Shown in pieces: positions 26,761 through 40,729 of a stretch of 64,000 nucleotides of DNA (its first letter is position 1; each line of letters begins with the position of its first letter). Below the pieces are notes generated by a model. The model was not told the origin of the DNA. It did no database searches and was given only the letters and a program-made list of their open reading frames with translations. The position numbers and the translations under genes were made by a program. The stretch covers positions 1,798,001-1,862,000 of the forward strand of contig NC_043015.1 of NCBI RefSeq assembly GCF_006345805.1. The letters are read 5' to 3'. Source of the stretch: Octopus sinensis. Lineage: Eukaryota.

Positions 26761-27056
26761 GTTGCGTTACCAACCCTGTCTCCACTCTTTTGGCTTTAAA
26801 AACCTACTTTGCTCTTGTTATCGTAAACTTCCGCCTTTCACCATGTGTACTTGTAAACACCAGTCGCTTTTTTTTCTCCCTCTGTTGCCACCTCGGGATC
26901 TTTCTTTCTTCTATCTTCCATCTTTATGTTTCTGACGAAGAGCTCCGCTCGAAACGTCATACCTTCCTGCTTCCATCTTTCCTGAGCGCTATTATTAATA
27001 ATACCGTAATTGTTCCACGTGTTGTGTTTTTTCTGTTTTCCTGTTTGGATTAAAAT
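26760..27056 (+). mobile_element. Penelope-like terminal-repeat remnant ending in (TA)n
   Basis: Contains the hammerhead at 26928, followed by ttcctgagcg as in the 16.9 and 20.4 kb copies. Confidence 0.65.
26928..26962 (+). ncRNA. Minimal type-I hammerhead ribozyme motif, canonical core
   Basis: GUUU CUGACGA A GAGC ucc GCUC GAAA CG UC/AUAC; GUC triplet with predicted cut after 26958; stem I has 3 of 4 pairs. Confidence 0.7.
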
Positions 27057-27088
<32 letters not shown>

Positions 27089-27564
27089 ATATATATATAT
27101 GTTAGGCACCGGTCCGCACATGAAAATGAGGGAGTATTCGATTGAAGTTAAGTTGTCGAAGTACATACATAGCTGTTAATTCTTTATCAAAACGAAGCAA
27201 AATTTCTGGTGAGTTAGTTTGAAATCAGACCATAAAAGGCACGTTAAGAAACCTGGATAATCATTTAATTCATCATGGATAATCATAGATAATAATTTAA
27301 TTCAACACCAGTGCTGAAAAATATTCATAATTTCATAATTTATAAATAAATTCATTTTTCCTAAGTTAATTAAATGCACATTAATTTCTGATTTATTCTC
27401 AAATAATTCGACAAGACAGGAGTCATCTTCAGCTCTATGTTGACAGAGAACAGAGTGTGTTGCGTGTATTACTTACGGACATCTATCGATTTCAATAATG
27501 ACGGCATTGTCCATCATTCTGGGGACGATATAAAAACAACAAAATTATGTTTCGTTTTACTAAC

Positions 27565-27653
27565 CTTGGTACCAGATAATTCCATGGATTGTCATATTTA
27601 ATAATGGATGAATCATAGCATTCCAGAATGAAGACTTTGTAAACGAGATTTTG
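27565..27653 (-). CDS. SIAE: SIAE exon 5 (absent from ORF track)
   Basis: ttttgcag|C...CAA G|gttagt; 89 nt, phase 2 to 1. KISFTKSSFWNAMIHPLLNMTIHGIIWYQ matches LWNAMIHPL.NMTLKGVVWYQ. Confidence 0.95.
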
Positions 27654-28009
27654 CTGCAAAATAAACGATATTTTGTAAATAAAAATTCATTAATAAAATA
27701 TATTTGTTAAGGTTAATGATTCTAAGTACCGTCACATATGGCCATCTAGCATCTTTTCTGTACTCTAGTCGTCTTGATAACTTACTTTTTATAATACATT
27801 CAAATGCTCACAAATTACGCAAATAAAAGATACATAACAAGTTCGCATTATAGTCATGAAGTTTTGTGTTTTATCTATCAGCATACCATCTTGGTTACGT
27901 GACGTTGGTCATAGCATCAAGTGGATCCAAATCATGTCTTCTAACAAATGAAGTTGATCCTATTTCTGGTTCTGAAAGGAGCTAAAGCACTTTGTGCCTC
28001 TGGTTTTAA

Positions 28010-28011
<2 letters not shown>

Positions 28012-28064
<53 letters not shown>

Positions 28065-28115
28065 AAACTATCTATCTATCTATCTATCAAACTATCTATC
28101 TATCTATCTATCTAT
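28012..28115. repeat. (TCTA)n microsatellite
   Basis: Direct reading. Confidence 0.95.
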
Positions 28116-28504
28116 CCGTCTGTGTCTCTTTTTGTATATGTATGTGTCTGTATATATATATGTCTCCAAATATATATGGAGACATATATATCGATAATTA
28201 TGGATATACGAAATTTTATTTGTATATTCAAACATATATATGTATAATATTTTTTAAATAAATATTTAGCATAAGCTACAAATTGAGACCAGTTCCGGGA
28301 GTTCCATGCGTTAGCACAACGCACGAAAGACTCGAACCTAGATTCACTGTGTTGCTTCTGCTAAATATTAATAAAAATAAACATATGGTCATATTTTGAG
28401 TTCTATTTTCCCTTGGGTATCACCATATCTGTATATATATGTATATATATGTATATACATATATATATATATGAATGTGTGTATGTGAATATATATGTAC
28501 AGGC

Positions 28505-28576
<72 letters not shown>

Positions 28577-29400
28577 GTGCGTGTGTGTGAGTTGCTTTGT
28601 GTATTTGTATATGTGTGTGATGTATGTCTGAGTGTATATATATAGATATAAATTGTAGGCATCATTCGCACTTAAACATCGATATTCAAAAGAACGTCCA
28701 GCTTTCTTAAAAAGAACTTCGTTCTTTGCCCAGAAGAACTAAAAGAAATCAATGGTGAAAATCTGAAGTGCTTCCCTTTTTTCCTCAATTATTATCTTCT
28801 TTAATCTGGGAATATTTCATATCGAGAATTTCAATCAAACTTTCGCTCTCAGCCTCACATGTGCGCCATATAAATAAATCGTTAATACTGCGGATGGTAT
28901 TTTCCCCAACATTTTATATCTGGCAGAGGAGAAGACGTTTATAAGTATAATCTTGTAGATACTCCCGGCCTATTAATATTGATGCTGTCGATGACTTTTC
29001 TCAGCATCTGTCGATCAATGTCTTCCTGTTTAAAAACTTGTTCGGTGAGAAAACCGAATGCTTGGAAAATGTGTGCTCTTTGCGAAGGTCATTCAAGTAC
29101 CAGATTGTAACGTTAAAACGGGTGGTTGTTTAGGGCCCAGAATAGATAGAGAAAAGCACGTTAAGTTCTTCATAGCTCATCCAACTTTTTAAAACAACGA
29201 GTCAGACATAAGGTATAAGATATATTCCGCAGTGAACGTCGGTGGAAGTCCTCCGATTAATGATAATAATTATAAGTTTTGTCTATAACATTGACTTAGG
29301 ACGGGACATCAGCTAACCTACTAACGAACAAACACAGTCGAAAGGAAGATAATTCGTAGCAAGTCTTAGATAATGTGCTGCTTCAATATCAAAAATATTC

Positions 29401-29833
29401 GTTTCTACTCTAGGCATAAGACCTGAAATTTTTGGGAAAGGGGACAGTCGATTAGAACAACCCCAATAAAAAACTGGTACTTAATTTATCGACCCCGAAA
29501 GGATGAAAAGCAAAGTCGGCCTCGGCAGAATTTGAACTCAGAACGTAAAGACAGACGAAATACCGCTAAGCATTTCGCCCAGTGTGCTAACGTTTCTTAT
29601 TTCTTTACTACCCACAAGGGGCTAAACACAGAGGACAAACAAGGACAGACAAACGGATTAAGTCGATTATATCGATCCGAGTGTGCGTAACTGGTACTTA
29701 CTTTATCGACACCGAAAGGATAAAAGGTAAAGTCGACGTCGGTGGAATTTGAAGTCAGAACGTTACGGCAGACGAAATACTGCTCAGCATTTCGCCCGGT
29801 GTGCTGACGTTTCTGCCAGCTCGCCGCCTTAAC
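29401..29833 (-). mobile_element. SINE family B dimer with TSD
   Basis: TSD atcaaaaatattc (29388-29400) and atcgaaaatattc (29834-29846); unusual junction taacgtttct|tatttctttact. Confidence 0.88.
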
Positions 29834-31564
29834 ATCGAAAATATTCAATTGTCAACTGAATTCATTTTGTACAAAACATTTTAATTCTGTAATATCTTTA
29901 TTTCTGTCTTTACTCAGTAAGTGTTGTTTCCTATTTGGTTCTATCTGGAAATCAAATGAAATGACTACTATTCCCTTCATACTTTGATTTTGTGGCCTGG
30001 ACATCAATGTTTTGAAACAGACCCATTTCCCATTATATTTCAGGCAGATTCAGTGTTGAATTGTTGATATAGAAATATCATTATAGCAAATATCCTGCTC
30101 AATACCACAGATTTGCCTATCAGATGCTTGACCTTAATCACACGAGTATGTATCTTAGTGGATGACAATAAGTGCATTTCCTCTCACGAGCCGGATTATT
30201 TGAGGAACATCATGTCAATCTGCTGAAAGGGATATTTGGCTTTTAAATGAATGTAACAAAAGCAAAGTCTAAAGGAAATATTAGCCATCTTTTAAAAATA
30301 TTGTCTAAGGGTAAACAAATAGGAAATAACAGTTACTTCCCGAAGACAAAAATCTAACTGGAACAGTACGCTTTAGAAATTTGTTATTCACATAACACAG
30401 GCTATAATTAACACAGTTGTTCAAATTTTCCCTTGAATAAAACTAGAAATATTTTCCTCCTATCCGTGTCTTTGTTACTGAGGAAACCTACGATCTCCTC
30501 TGATGTATGTATGTATGTATGTATGTGCGTGTATTATATATCTATACATACATAAGTGCAGGTTACTAAATAAATATGTAACGGTTCCTGTTAATCCAAG
30601 AAATTAACGCATCTTTTCTTTTTAGTTCAGATATTTATCATGGGAAACGTTGCTCCAGTCCACTCAGATGCAAAAATGAGTTGTAAATGCAATTCAAAGG
30701 GACGGGTTTTGTCACATTTTGTGCCATGCTGAATCACCCTGAGAAATACGGTAAACTTACGCTTATGTAACGAGCAGGCCTTTCCATCGATCGGATCAGC
30801 TGGAACTGTCGCCGTCGTAAGCGACAGACTACCAGATATGCATGTATATATATATATATATATATTAATATACTATGTATATCTATGTATGTTTCTGTGT
30901 ATATATACTTATAACCATGTGTTTGTGTGCGTATATATTTATATATATATATATATAAATGTGTACAACACATACACACATACGCACACACACTCAGACA
31001 CACACTATTATACGGATATATGTGTTCAATTTTATCTATAGGTATTTGTGCATACTTGAAATCTTTTTCGCTTTAAGTACTTATCTAACCGAAGAATCTA
31101 TTAGCGAGACCCCGTTCTTTTCTTCAACGGCAGGTAGATAATATACGTTTCCTTCTAAGCTTATTGATTTTTATTTAACCAGGTGCAACAGCCCCCTCCC
31201 TCCCGCCCACCCCGTCTATTAGGAGAGACACAAGTGAAATTGTGATGTACATACATTTCTGTATTTTTCTAAAACTGTTAGAATCGTGAAAGTAATAGCT
31301 TCGATTGCTAACACAAAATGGCTACTTCGCATTGTGTTTTATTTTTGTGTTGATGACACATGCCATTCTCTTAATCTGATTGGTTTCCCACGATAAATAT
31401 CTCAACTAAAAAAGAAAAGATGCGTTAACGTCTCGGATTAACAAGAACCGTTACATATTTATGTAGTAACCTGCACAAACGATGCTCATATTACTTGGGG
31501 TTTCCTAAACGTTTATCCGTATCTAATGAGCTACTAATTGCTTAAGTGGATGGTGGTGTTAATG

Positions 31565-31644
<80 letters not shown>

Positions 31645-32165
31645 AAGAAAGAAAAGGAGATAGATTGAAAGAGCAATATATATATATATATCATCATCAT
31701 TGTTCGACAGTGGTCGAGACAATGGAATTTACTATGTTACGCCAGACTTCACGGTCCATCATAGCATTACGAAGGTCCCGTTGCTGGATGCCTATATCCT
31801 TGGAGATTACATCAGGGTAGGAGAATGTGCGCCCTCTGGTATCGCGAGCAGATGGCTTCCAGAACCATATGTGTGTGTATATATATATATATATATACTT
31901 ATGAGAGGGATGACCACTGTGTGGATAACCCTTATGCTAGAAGTAGATCTGCTATGGTCTTACTACTGAGAAATGTTCTCAAGAAAAATTTAGCAAACAC
32001 CAGAATCGAGCAAGACAAAAAAGCCCTAAAACTATGGATTATTCACATACATGTTTCACTATTAACATATTACGTAATCTTAATTATATATATATATATG
32101 TGTATACATATATATATACATACACACGCATGTATATATAAACGCACATGTATAAACACCCCATA

Positions 32166-32197
<32 letters not shown>

Positions 32198-32210
32198 CAT
32201 ATATATATAC

Positions 32211-32280
<70 letters not shown>

Positions 32281-32509
32281 TGTGTGTCTGTGTTTGTCCC
32301 CCCCCTAACGTCAGTTGACAACCGATGCTGGTGTGTTTACGTCCCCGTAACTTAGCGGTTCGGCAAATGAGACCGATGGAATAAGTACTAGGCTTACAGA
32401 GAATAAGTCCTGGGTGTTGATTTGCTCGACTAAAGGCGGTGCTCCAGCAAGGCCACAGTCAAATGACAGAAACAAATAAAAGAGTAAAAGAACACACACA
32501 CATACATAT

Positions 32510-32685
32510 ATCACCCTGATCACCGTGATCGACCAGACTATCAGATGTTGCTACACATCGCTGGTCACAATGCGCTTCGCATTGTTTTAGCCTTCAAATG
32601 ACGCCACCCCGCTGGCTAAGCGAGCAGGCCAACAGAAGAAAGAGTGAGAGAAAGTTGTGGCGAAAGAGTACAGCAGGGATCGCCA

Positions 32686-32690
<5 letters not shown>
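32510..32690 (-). mobile_element. 5'-truncated SINE (head A body with tail c)
   Basis: Reverse complement of the 7620-7795 region. Confidence 0.85.
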
Positions 32691-32750
<60 letters not shown>

Positions 32751-34244
32751 TTATTTAGAACCTTACATGATTCATTCTTGATACAACGAAAAATTTTTCT
32801 TCGTGCTCATTAAATCTATAAGCTGTAGCAGCCAAATGACCCTCAAATCAGACTGGTAATTTTTTTAAATAAAGTAAGCCTATGAAAATGCAAACTCTTA
32901 CAATATAAATGGAAAAGAAATAGAAATAAAATAGTGGATGGTTACAGATAGACCAACTTTAAAGCTAAATAATTAGGGGGAAATGTTGCGCATGTTAAGA
33001 AGTCAAGCTCTCTCACAATTGTCCACAGTCTGTACTTTATCGTTCCCTGTACACCGATAGGATCGATAGTTTTGTATTTAAAAACTTTCAGCTGAATAAA
33101 ATCGAATTCAAGTTTATCTCGTTCTACTAGGAAATAAAGACGCTATCTTTGTTTGCTACGAAATTAATTTAAATATCAATTTTTTTTTAATATCCCAGGT
33201 GATAAATATTAATCTTATTCATTAAAAGCGTCCAACAAGTAAATCGCTTGTTCATTGTAATTCTAACGAGAATCACAAGGGAATGTTTCTAACTCAGTGT
33301 AGGATAAATATGACAAATATTGAAAGAAATTTATTCGGAAAGCAATGCTCTTGTCGTTTTCTTTCAGCTGATGTTTATATCCGACGCCAAAATATATTGC
33401 CGAAGTCTACACATAATACATATATTAATAAAAATCATGTATTGCATTGTCTTATATATTCTTTCTGATTTTAGGACGGTGCTGTATGATATAATTAAAT
33501 TAAGTTGTTATATCGTTCATGTGACTTAACCACGTAGAGGCTTAATCCTTGATTCGACGTAACTGCTTGTCGTTTGTCAAGAAGTGTGTATTGTTGACAT
33601 TTCACTCACGAAGAATTTAGGAAAATTACGTGATTAATCAGAGAATCCTTTAAATTAATTAATAATTTAAGTAAGAATTCCTCAGAATAAATTTAAATTC
33701 ATGATTCGAGTACCCAAATTAAATGCCTACAATGAAAAACAGCGCAAAATCCTAGAAAATTTCTCCGAAATTGTGAACGACGCTATAGTTGCATGTAAAT
33801 ATTTCAATCAAATATTAAAATTTATTCGCTGATGAACCTTTGCTTAAATAATTAATTAACTAATTACTGTACAGAATTCTCAAGTTAATTAACTACTTTT
33901 CTTTAATTGACTTAAAGAGCGGAAAACCGAGGGTGTACGCTTCTTGACAAACAACAACTGAGTTGGGTCAATACGAGGTCCTCCTTTGCTATGTCGGATT
34001 CTACTTGGGGTTTTCATATGTAACATCATCACGCATTTAAATATTCTTCCATAAATAAGGGATAGGATGAGAACGAAAAGGACCGGAAAATAGGCTGCTA
34101 AACATTTTGACCGACCTGCAAAAGATTATGCAATAATGATGATGATTATAATGATGATGATGATGGTTTCAAATTTCGACTGAATACCATCAAATAGAAT
34201 TCTCCTATTTCTGTCTGTACGCTATGCTAAACTCGTTACGGTGT

Positions 34245-34530
34245 ATGTATGTATGTATGTATGTATGTATGTATGTATGTATGTATGTATGTATGTATGT
34301 ATGTATGTATGTATATTTGTATGTATGTATGTATATTCGTATGTATGTATATTCGTATGTATGTATATTCGTATGTATGTATGTATATTTGTATGTATGC
34401 ATGTATGTATGCATGTATGTATGTATATTTCTATGTATGTATGTATATTTGTATGTATGTATGTATGTATGTATGTATGTATGTATGCATGTGTGTATGT
34501 ATGTATATTTGTATGTATGTATGTATATAT
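34245..34530. repeat. (TATG)n microsatellite
   Basis: Direct reading. Confidence 0.95.
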
Positions 34531-34837
34531 AGGTACAAACATTCACCAAAACTTGAAGGTTATTCATTAATTATTTACTAATATCGCTTTCAAATTTTGG
34601 CAGAACGCTAGCAATGTCTTAGAAGGGTGTAAGTTGATGTTATCGACTCCTGTATTCAACTGGTACTTATTTTATCACCTCCGACTTGATGAAATGCAAA
34701 GTCGACCTCAGCCGAATTCGAACTCAGAAAGTAATGACGAACGAAATGCCGCTAAGTATTTTGATCTGTGTGCTAACGATTCTGCCAGCTCACCATCTTT
34801 ATACAGTTCTATATTCACTCCATAATTTCCCACGGAC

Positions 34838-34945
34838 ATATAGTGTAGTGGTTAAGAGCGCGGGCCACTAGCCCCAAGATTCCGAGTTCGATTTCAAGCA
34901 GTGACCTGAACACTAATAATAATAATAATAATAACATCGAAATAA
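34838..34945 (+). mobile_element. Truncated copy of the tRNA-head/(AAT)n SINE seen at 54709-55222
   Basis: tagtgtagtggttaagagcgcggg...gagttcgatttcaagcagtgacctgaa-(AAT)n-catcgaaa. Confidence 0.85.
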
Positions 34946-35030
34946 TAACACTGAGAATTTATCTTATATTTGTTGGGATGTAGAAGTGATATTAAGTCGT
35001 TAGTTTGATTAGCTATATTTTTTTTGTTTT

Positions 35031-35425
35031 TTTTCTACTATAAGCACAAAACCCGAAATTTTGGGGTGGAGACTAGTAGATTACATCGAACCCCAGTATT
35101 TCACTGGTACTTAATTTTTCGACCCCGAAAGGATAAAAGATAAAGTTGACCTCGGCGGAATTTGAACTCAGAACGTAGCGGTAGACGAAATACATATCTT
35201 TACTACCCACAAGGGGCTAAACATAGAGAGGACAAACAAGGACAGACAAACGGATTAAGTCGATTATATCGACCCCATTGCGGAACTGGTACTTAATTTA
35301 TCGACCCCGAAAGGATGAAAGGCAAAGTCGACCTCGGCTGAATTTGAACTCAGAACGTAACGGCAGACGAAAGGCCGCTAAGCATTTCATCCGGTGCGCT
35401 AGCGATTCTACCAGTTCGACGCCTT
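35031..35425 (-). mobile_element. SINE family B dimer
   Basis: Two body units; junction acgaaatacatatctttactaccc. Confidence 0.88.
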
Positions 35426-35739
35426 AGATTACTTATAATTACACGACAGTGTGATAGATAGTCGTTTAATGAGGAGTAAATTTAGAGAAGTTGATTGAAA
35501 AAATTCTTCATGAAAATAATATTTAGAAAAAAGGCCCACAGGTGAATTTGTTTTAAAAACATTTCATGAGAGACTTTTGCAGTTAACAACTGTTGGTGGT
35601 TCTGATACAGTAGGCCAAAATGCTGGCCTTTGAAAAGAAATTTGCTTGAGGTTATGGTCAACCTCACATACCTTTACAATACATTATATGTACCTTAGGA
35701 AATATTGTGTGCAAAATTAAACTTTACAGATTTCGATGG

Positions 35740-36420
35740 TGAGATGAGATTAGTACCAAATATAGCCAATATATTTACTAAATCTAGCGGCCAGGGCTTT
35801 TGAATAAACAAGAATTTAATTTGAAATGAAATTGAATCAGTTTACAACGGTTTAGTAATGTATATTATACGAGGACTAAGTTGCAATCGATTTGTGATAT
35901 CAGATTCTTTTCAGAGATGAAAATAATAGAGCATGAATATTTCAACTAAAATATTTTGAGTTGATTTAGTTATCTGAGGTTCTTTTTAAAGATATTTCAT
36001 TGAGTCTAAACGTTTTGCGAAATACATTTACGTTGTTTGAATTTTTCTGAGAATAAACTGGGCCTATTTTAAGAAGATTTAGAAAATCTCGAGCGTGAAG
36101 AAATTTTTTTTGCAGAAGTTAGTTCTAAGGCAGTTGAATATAACGCAAAAAAAAAAGAAAAATTCATAGAAATTCTAAAGGTCGTGCGTGAAGAAGCAGT
36201 TTTCTTGTAGATTTGAGCAATTCAAAGAATTAGAGAAAGCAATATAATGAATATTTTGTTGCTGAATTCGAGAATGCTGTAGTTTTATGGGGTTATTTTG
36301 ATGCTACAAATTAATATAAAAACAACCTGATTTAGCATATTTCGCTGGTCTGGATTTAGATGCGTTTGAGTGGAGGAATTGATATCTAGAAATGCAATTA
36401 TCCGATTTTCAATCTAGTCG
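35740..36420 (+). mobile_element. Possible highly decayed hAT (GTF2IRD2/Buster-like) transposase remnant
   Basis: Short broken peptides such as FRDENN..., NTFTLFEF and LEMQLSDFQSS resemble hAT C-terminal motifs; many stops. Confidence 0.35.
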
Positions 36421-37104
36421 TAGGTGATTAAAAGGAAATTATGTTTAAACATGTACAAATAACTGTAATTAAGTTCTGAGCTGTGGACCTTTGAGAACGA
36501 AAATTTAGGTGGTCTTAAAATTCTTGCAAAAACAGTCCAATCCGTTTTTTCGTCAGCGTATTCGTGGGAAACATTGCTCTCAGCTTTACGAAATAATAAA
36601 ATTAATAATAAAAAAACAAACAAACAAGAGAAATAAATGATATGATGCACTAAGAGCTACTTGCATATCATTAATATAACCCGTTATAAAACTCCCATAA
36701 AAGAACTATATTCTGTAATCCAGCAACCGAAAACGTCATTAAATTTAAGATAACATTAAAAATTTATTTTTATTATCCTAATTTTATGAGCATATTTTAA
36801 AATATCAAGTTAAATTTTATATCAAAACTCTTAGATATTTTAACATATTAGAAAAAATATAAGCTATATATCTATAAACATTTACCTATAACTAAAATAC
36901 ATCTAGAATTATGACACTGCAAGAAAAGAATTACTAAAAATATTTTAAATCTTAATCAACGCGATGTATGAAAAGTAGGCTATTACAATTTTTGTTGTTG
37001 TTGCAGTTAATAGTGTTCAAGTACCCATGATTATTCGATTCCTAATCACAAACTATGCCTCTAAACCTCTTTCAATTACTCAGTGGTTAAAACTTAAAAG
37101 AGCA

Positions 37105-37378
37105 GATCCCCTTCGGTCATAAAAGTTACCCTCCAAGGCACAAGTCCGGGCAAGGTTGTTTGTGGAAGACCAACAGTCGCCCATGCATACCGGCCTCCCC
37201 TCTCCACGCCACCGGTGTTATCCAAGGGAAAGGCCTATACAGCTTGGCACCAGGGATGTCGCAACGTGAAATAAAGTGTCTTGCTCAAGAACACAACAGA
37301 CAGCCCAGTCCGTGAATCGAACTCACAACTTCACGACCGTAAGCTTGATGCTCTAACCACTGAGCCATGCACCTTCAC
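37105..37378 (-). mobile_element. SINE head D with tail e
   Basis: Head gtgaaggtgcatggctcagtggttag; tail ...ccttggataac...atgaccgaagggg. Confidence 0.8.
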
Positions 37379-37527
37379 GGTGATTAGAACTAGGTTTATA
37401 CGTTTTATGGTTAATACACTTTTAGCATCATTTTTTGACAATTATCAGAGCTCGAAGCTCTCCTCCTGGTCGCCAGTGTGGAAATATATATCTAATTCGT
37501 TTATCCGCATAATTTTTTCTATAATAA

Positions 37528-37912
37528 TCTCTCTCTATATAAACGGCAGTTTGTCTGTGCGTGTTTCTGTGTGTCTGTTTGCTTGTACTCTCACCCTGAC
37601 CACGGCTTTCAACCGATTCTGATGAAACTTGACACACACATAGCCCAATGTCATAATTCAAAACTAACGCAGCGAAAATTTTGAAAAGTTCCCCCAGTTC
37701 TCAAAAAAATCGATAAATTCGACATGGGGTCGAGAATCAGAAACACAAACCGCAAACTGTCTAGGGGACGCAACTCCACCTTTTTTTACTCTCAAAAAAA
37801 ATTTACCATCATTTTTTTCCATTTTTTTCGCTATTTTTTGGCTATAACTCTCTAAAAATGCTTTATAGTTATTTCCCTTACAAACCTGAGCAATGCCGGG
37901 CGATACTGCTAG
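37528..37912 (+). mobile_element. Non-autonomous Helitron-like element
   Basis: a|TCtctctctatataaa...cctgagcaatgccggg hairpin...tgCTAG|t; A/T insertion site and no TSD. Confidence 0.75.
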
Positions 37913-37996
37913 TATAATATAAAAAAATTGACTGAAACAAAAAAAAATTTCTTTGTACTCGGAGGTAAATTAATATCAATATTGATTTTGCTCTGG

Positions 37997-38312
37997 TTAC
38001 TCTTTTAGTCTTTTACTTGTTTCAGTCATTTGACTGCGGCCATGCTGGAGCACCACCTTTAGTCGAGCAAATCGACGACACCAGGATTTATTCTTTGGAA
38101 GCCTAGTACTTATTCTATCGGTTCCTTTTCACGAACCGCTAAGTTACGGGGAGGTAAACACACCTCAATCGGTTGTCAAGCGATGTTGGGGGACAAAGAC
38201 ATACAAACATATACACGCCCACACATACATACATACATACATACATACATACAACATACATACATACATACATACATACATACATACATACATACATACA
38301 TACATACATACA

Positions 38313-38392
<80 letters not shown>

Positions 38393-38551
38393 GACGGGCT
38401 TCTTTTAGTTTCTTTCTACCAAATCTACTCACATGGCTTTGTTCGGCCCGAGTCTATAGTAGACACTTGCCCAAGATGCCATGCAGTTGGGAATGAACCG
38501 GAACCATGTGGTTGGTAGGCAAACTACTTACCACACAGCTACTCCTGCGCC
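37997..38551 (-). mobile_element. SINE family C, full length
   Basis: Reverse-complement layout with internal (CATA)n(TA)n. Confidence 0.9.
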
Positions 38552-38635
38552 CTACACAACCTCTCCTGCGCCCTACACATCCTCTCCTGCGCCCTACACA
38601 GCCTCTCCTGCGCCCTACACAGCCTCTCCTGCGCC
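38552..38635. repeat. 4 x 21-bp minisatellite derived from the SINE C 5' end
   Basis: Unit ctacacagcctctcctgcgcc, compared with the SINE terminus ccacacagctactcctgcgcc. Confidence 0.92.
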
Positions 38636-38873
38636 CTTTTATATGATTATAGTAAATCAGTTCTTAGGTTTTCATGATCCTGCATCCATAGTTAACGGTA
38701 GCTCTATGGTCATTGCGCTATACCGGTTTCTGAATCATTTTGTACCAATGGACCAACTTACTTCCTTTTTTACTCTACTGGGTCCTATAGTCATTCGCTA
38801 TTGTAGTTTTATAATTAAATATTATTAGGTATTGTATAAATAAGTATTAAAATATTTTGTGCGCTCTAGAAAG

Positions 38874-39202
38874 TTGTTACCTCCGCCTCAGCGATGGCTG
38901 AAATATTGTTTTTTCAGTCGTGTACATATATTTGTTTGTTCGTGGACAATATATCTAAAGAACCGCTAGATGGATTCGAATGAAACTTTCAGGAATGTTC
39001 GGCCACGTGACTGGCACGGACTGATTAGATTTTGGGATCGATCCAGTACCGTAAAGAGTGGTGGAATTCATTTTTAATATTCTCGTTTATGGGAGCAATC
39101 GAGTTTATCTCAGATAATTTCATTTTAAAAACCATCTCTGGCTAATTGTTGAGAGGACGTTGGTGTTGCCTTGGTGGAGGTCTGCGCTCTCTGAGTGCTC
39201 TT
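38874..39202 (+). mobile_element. Helentron-associated (HINE/DINE-1-like) element
   Basis: Subterminal inverted repeats tacctccgcc (38878) and ggtggaggtc (39173), followed by the 3' hairpin gcgctc-tct-gagtgc. Confidence 0.65.
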
Positions 39203-39310
39203 GATGTAAATAAATCTTAAGTGCAAAATTTTAGATAGACCACCCAAGGGTCACAGGGATTCTGCTTGAGGGATTCTGCTTGGGAAACAAAGCTTTAAAT
39301 TAATACTCAC

Positions 39311-39479
39311 GTTTCTGGACATTTCTTCAAAACATCAGGTGAGGACCACCCCTCAATTGGAGTGCCACCATATGTAGAACTCACTAAACCTATTGGAATT
39401 CTGTGTTCTTCGTAGAGACGTCGGCCATACATCCAACAGATGGCCGAGAAATACATCCAATTTGACGACGCTATTGCTT
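39311..39479 (-). CDS. SIAE: SIAE exon 4 (absent from ORF track)
   Basis: catcaacag|AA...GAA AC|gtgagt; 169 nt, phase 1 to 2. EAIASSNWMYFSAICWMYGRRLYEEHRIPIGLVSSTYGGTPIEGWSSPDVLKKCPE matches SIAE SAVCWLFGR.LY...PIGL..S.WGGTPIEAWSS. Confidence 0.95.
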
Positions 39480-40729
39480 CTGTTGATGAAAATACAATTA
39501 AAACATGAGATCTAGTATTTAAGTATCAAATGTATTTCGCTGTTTTTCTCTCCCAATCTCATATTCACGATATCAGTCCCTCAGTATCTGTGTGTGTGTG
39601 TGCGTGCGTGTATTTGTGTGTATGTGTGTGTACAGTATACATTCATGGGGGAAGCGTGGCAAAACGGTAAAGAACTCCACCTTGCACACGCGAGGAATCA
39701 GCTTCGACCACACTGTGAGCCAAATGTCTTTTTGCTATAGTCTCGAGTCGACCTAAATTTAGTAAGTAAAATCAGGTACACGGAAGCTTTGCACTAAGGA
39801 CGTTGGATAGATTGTTGCTGTAATTGAAAAGGCCAGCTTTGTCACATACACTTACCGGCTCATGCTGAATTTTTAGGTTAATGGTACACGTTTCTGAGAA
39901 ATTCTCTGCCACTTTAGTATAAATGAATTCAATGAACATGTAGGTTGTTTAAGGCGGCGAACTGGCAGAAACGTTAGCAATGTCCGGCCTGTTATGCTCA
40001 CACTTCAGAGACGTTTTGATGGGTGTATACTACCAGCATTACTTGAGTTGATATTTAGAGTTTTCTATAATTATTCCAGGACAGTCTTTTGTCTTTTGAA
40101 TGGCATTATATCGTTTTAGTGTCAATGTATGTGTTTGTGAAAACGTGTAAGTATCTAATCACTAAGTTAACAAATAAATTAGCTCAATGATTCAATACTT
40201 TAACTAATTTCATCGCAAAAATTTGAAGCTACGACATGCATTTAGTCAACGTTTCAAACAGCAGCTAAACATACATATATCTGTCGTACAATGCGATTTA
40301 TAACAGAAAAAGATTAAACAGGAATGAATATTTCTACATCAAATAAACTAACACGCAGATAAGTCTTTATTTCTAACATGCTGTGGTTATTGTTGGTTTT
40401 GATGTAATTTAACCGCTAGCTATACATAATCAAACAAACCTAAAATTAAAGCCGTATGACATATAACTAACCCACTAGCTCTTTTATTATATATTTTCAG
40501 TCAAACAGTAAATAGATCCTCATTATGCACTTCTTCGAACTTTAAAGAGTGAACAGCGTCTTTATTTGAAGTAAAATTAGTTCCTATTTTTAACATAACA
40601 AGCAACTATTTTGGTGCTCCCTCATGCATTCATAGTGATTCGTTTAATACAATGATAATTAAATTTAAGAACAGCGATATTCTATTGATAAACGAGAGCT
40701 TTGTGGAGTCATTAGTTGTAGCTACTTAC

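Noticed and set aside
36520-36560. CTGACGA followed by a hairpin on the minus strand
   Set aside because: Followed by GCAA rather than GAAA, with no stem I or III.
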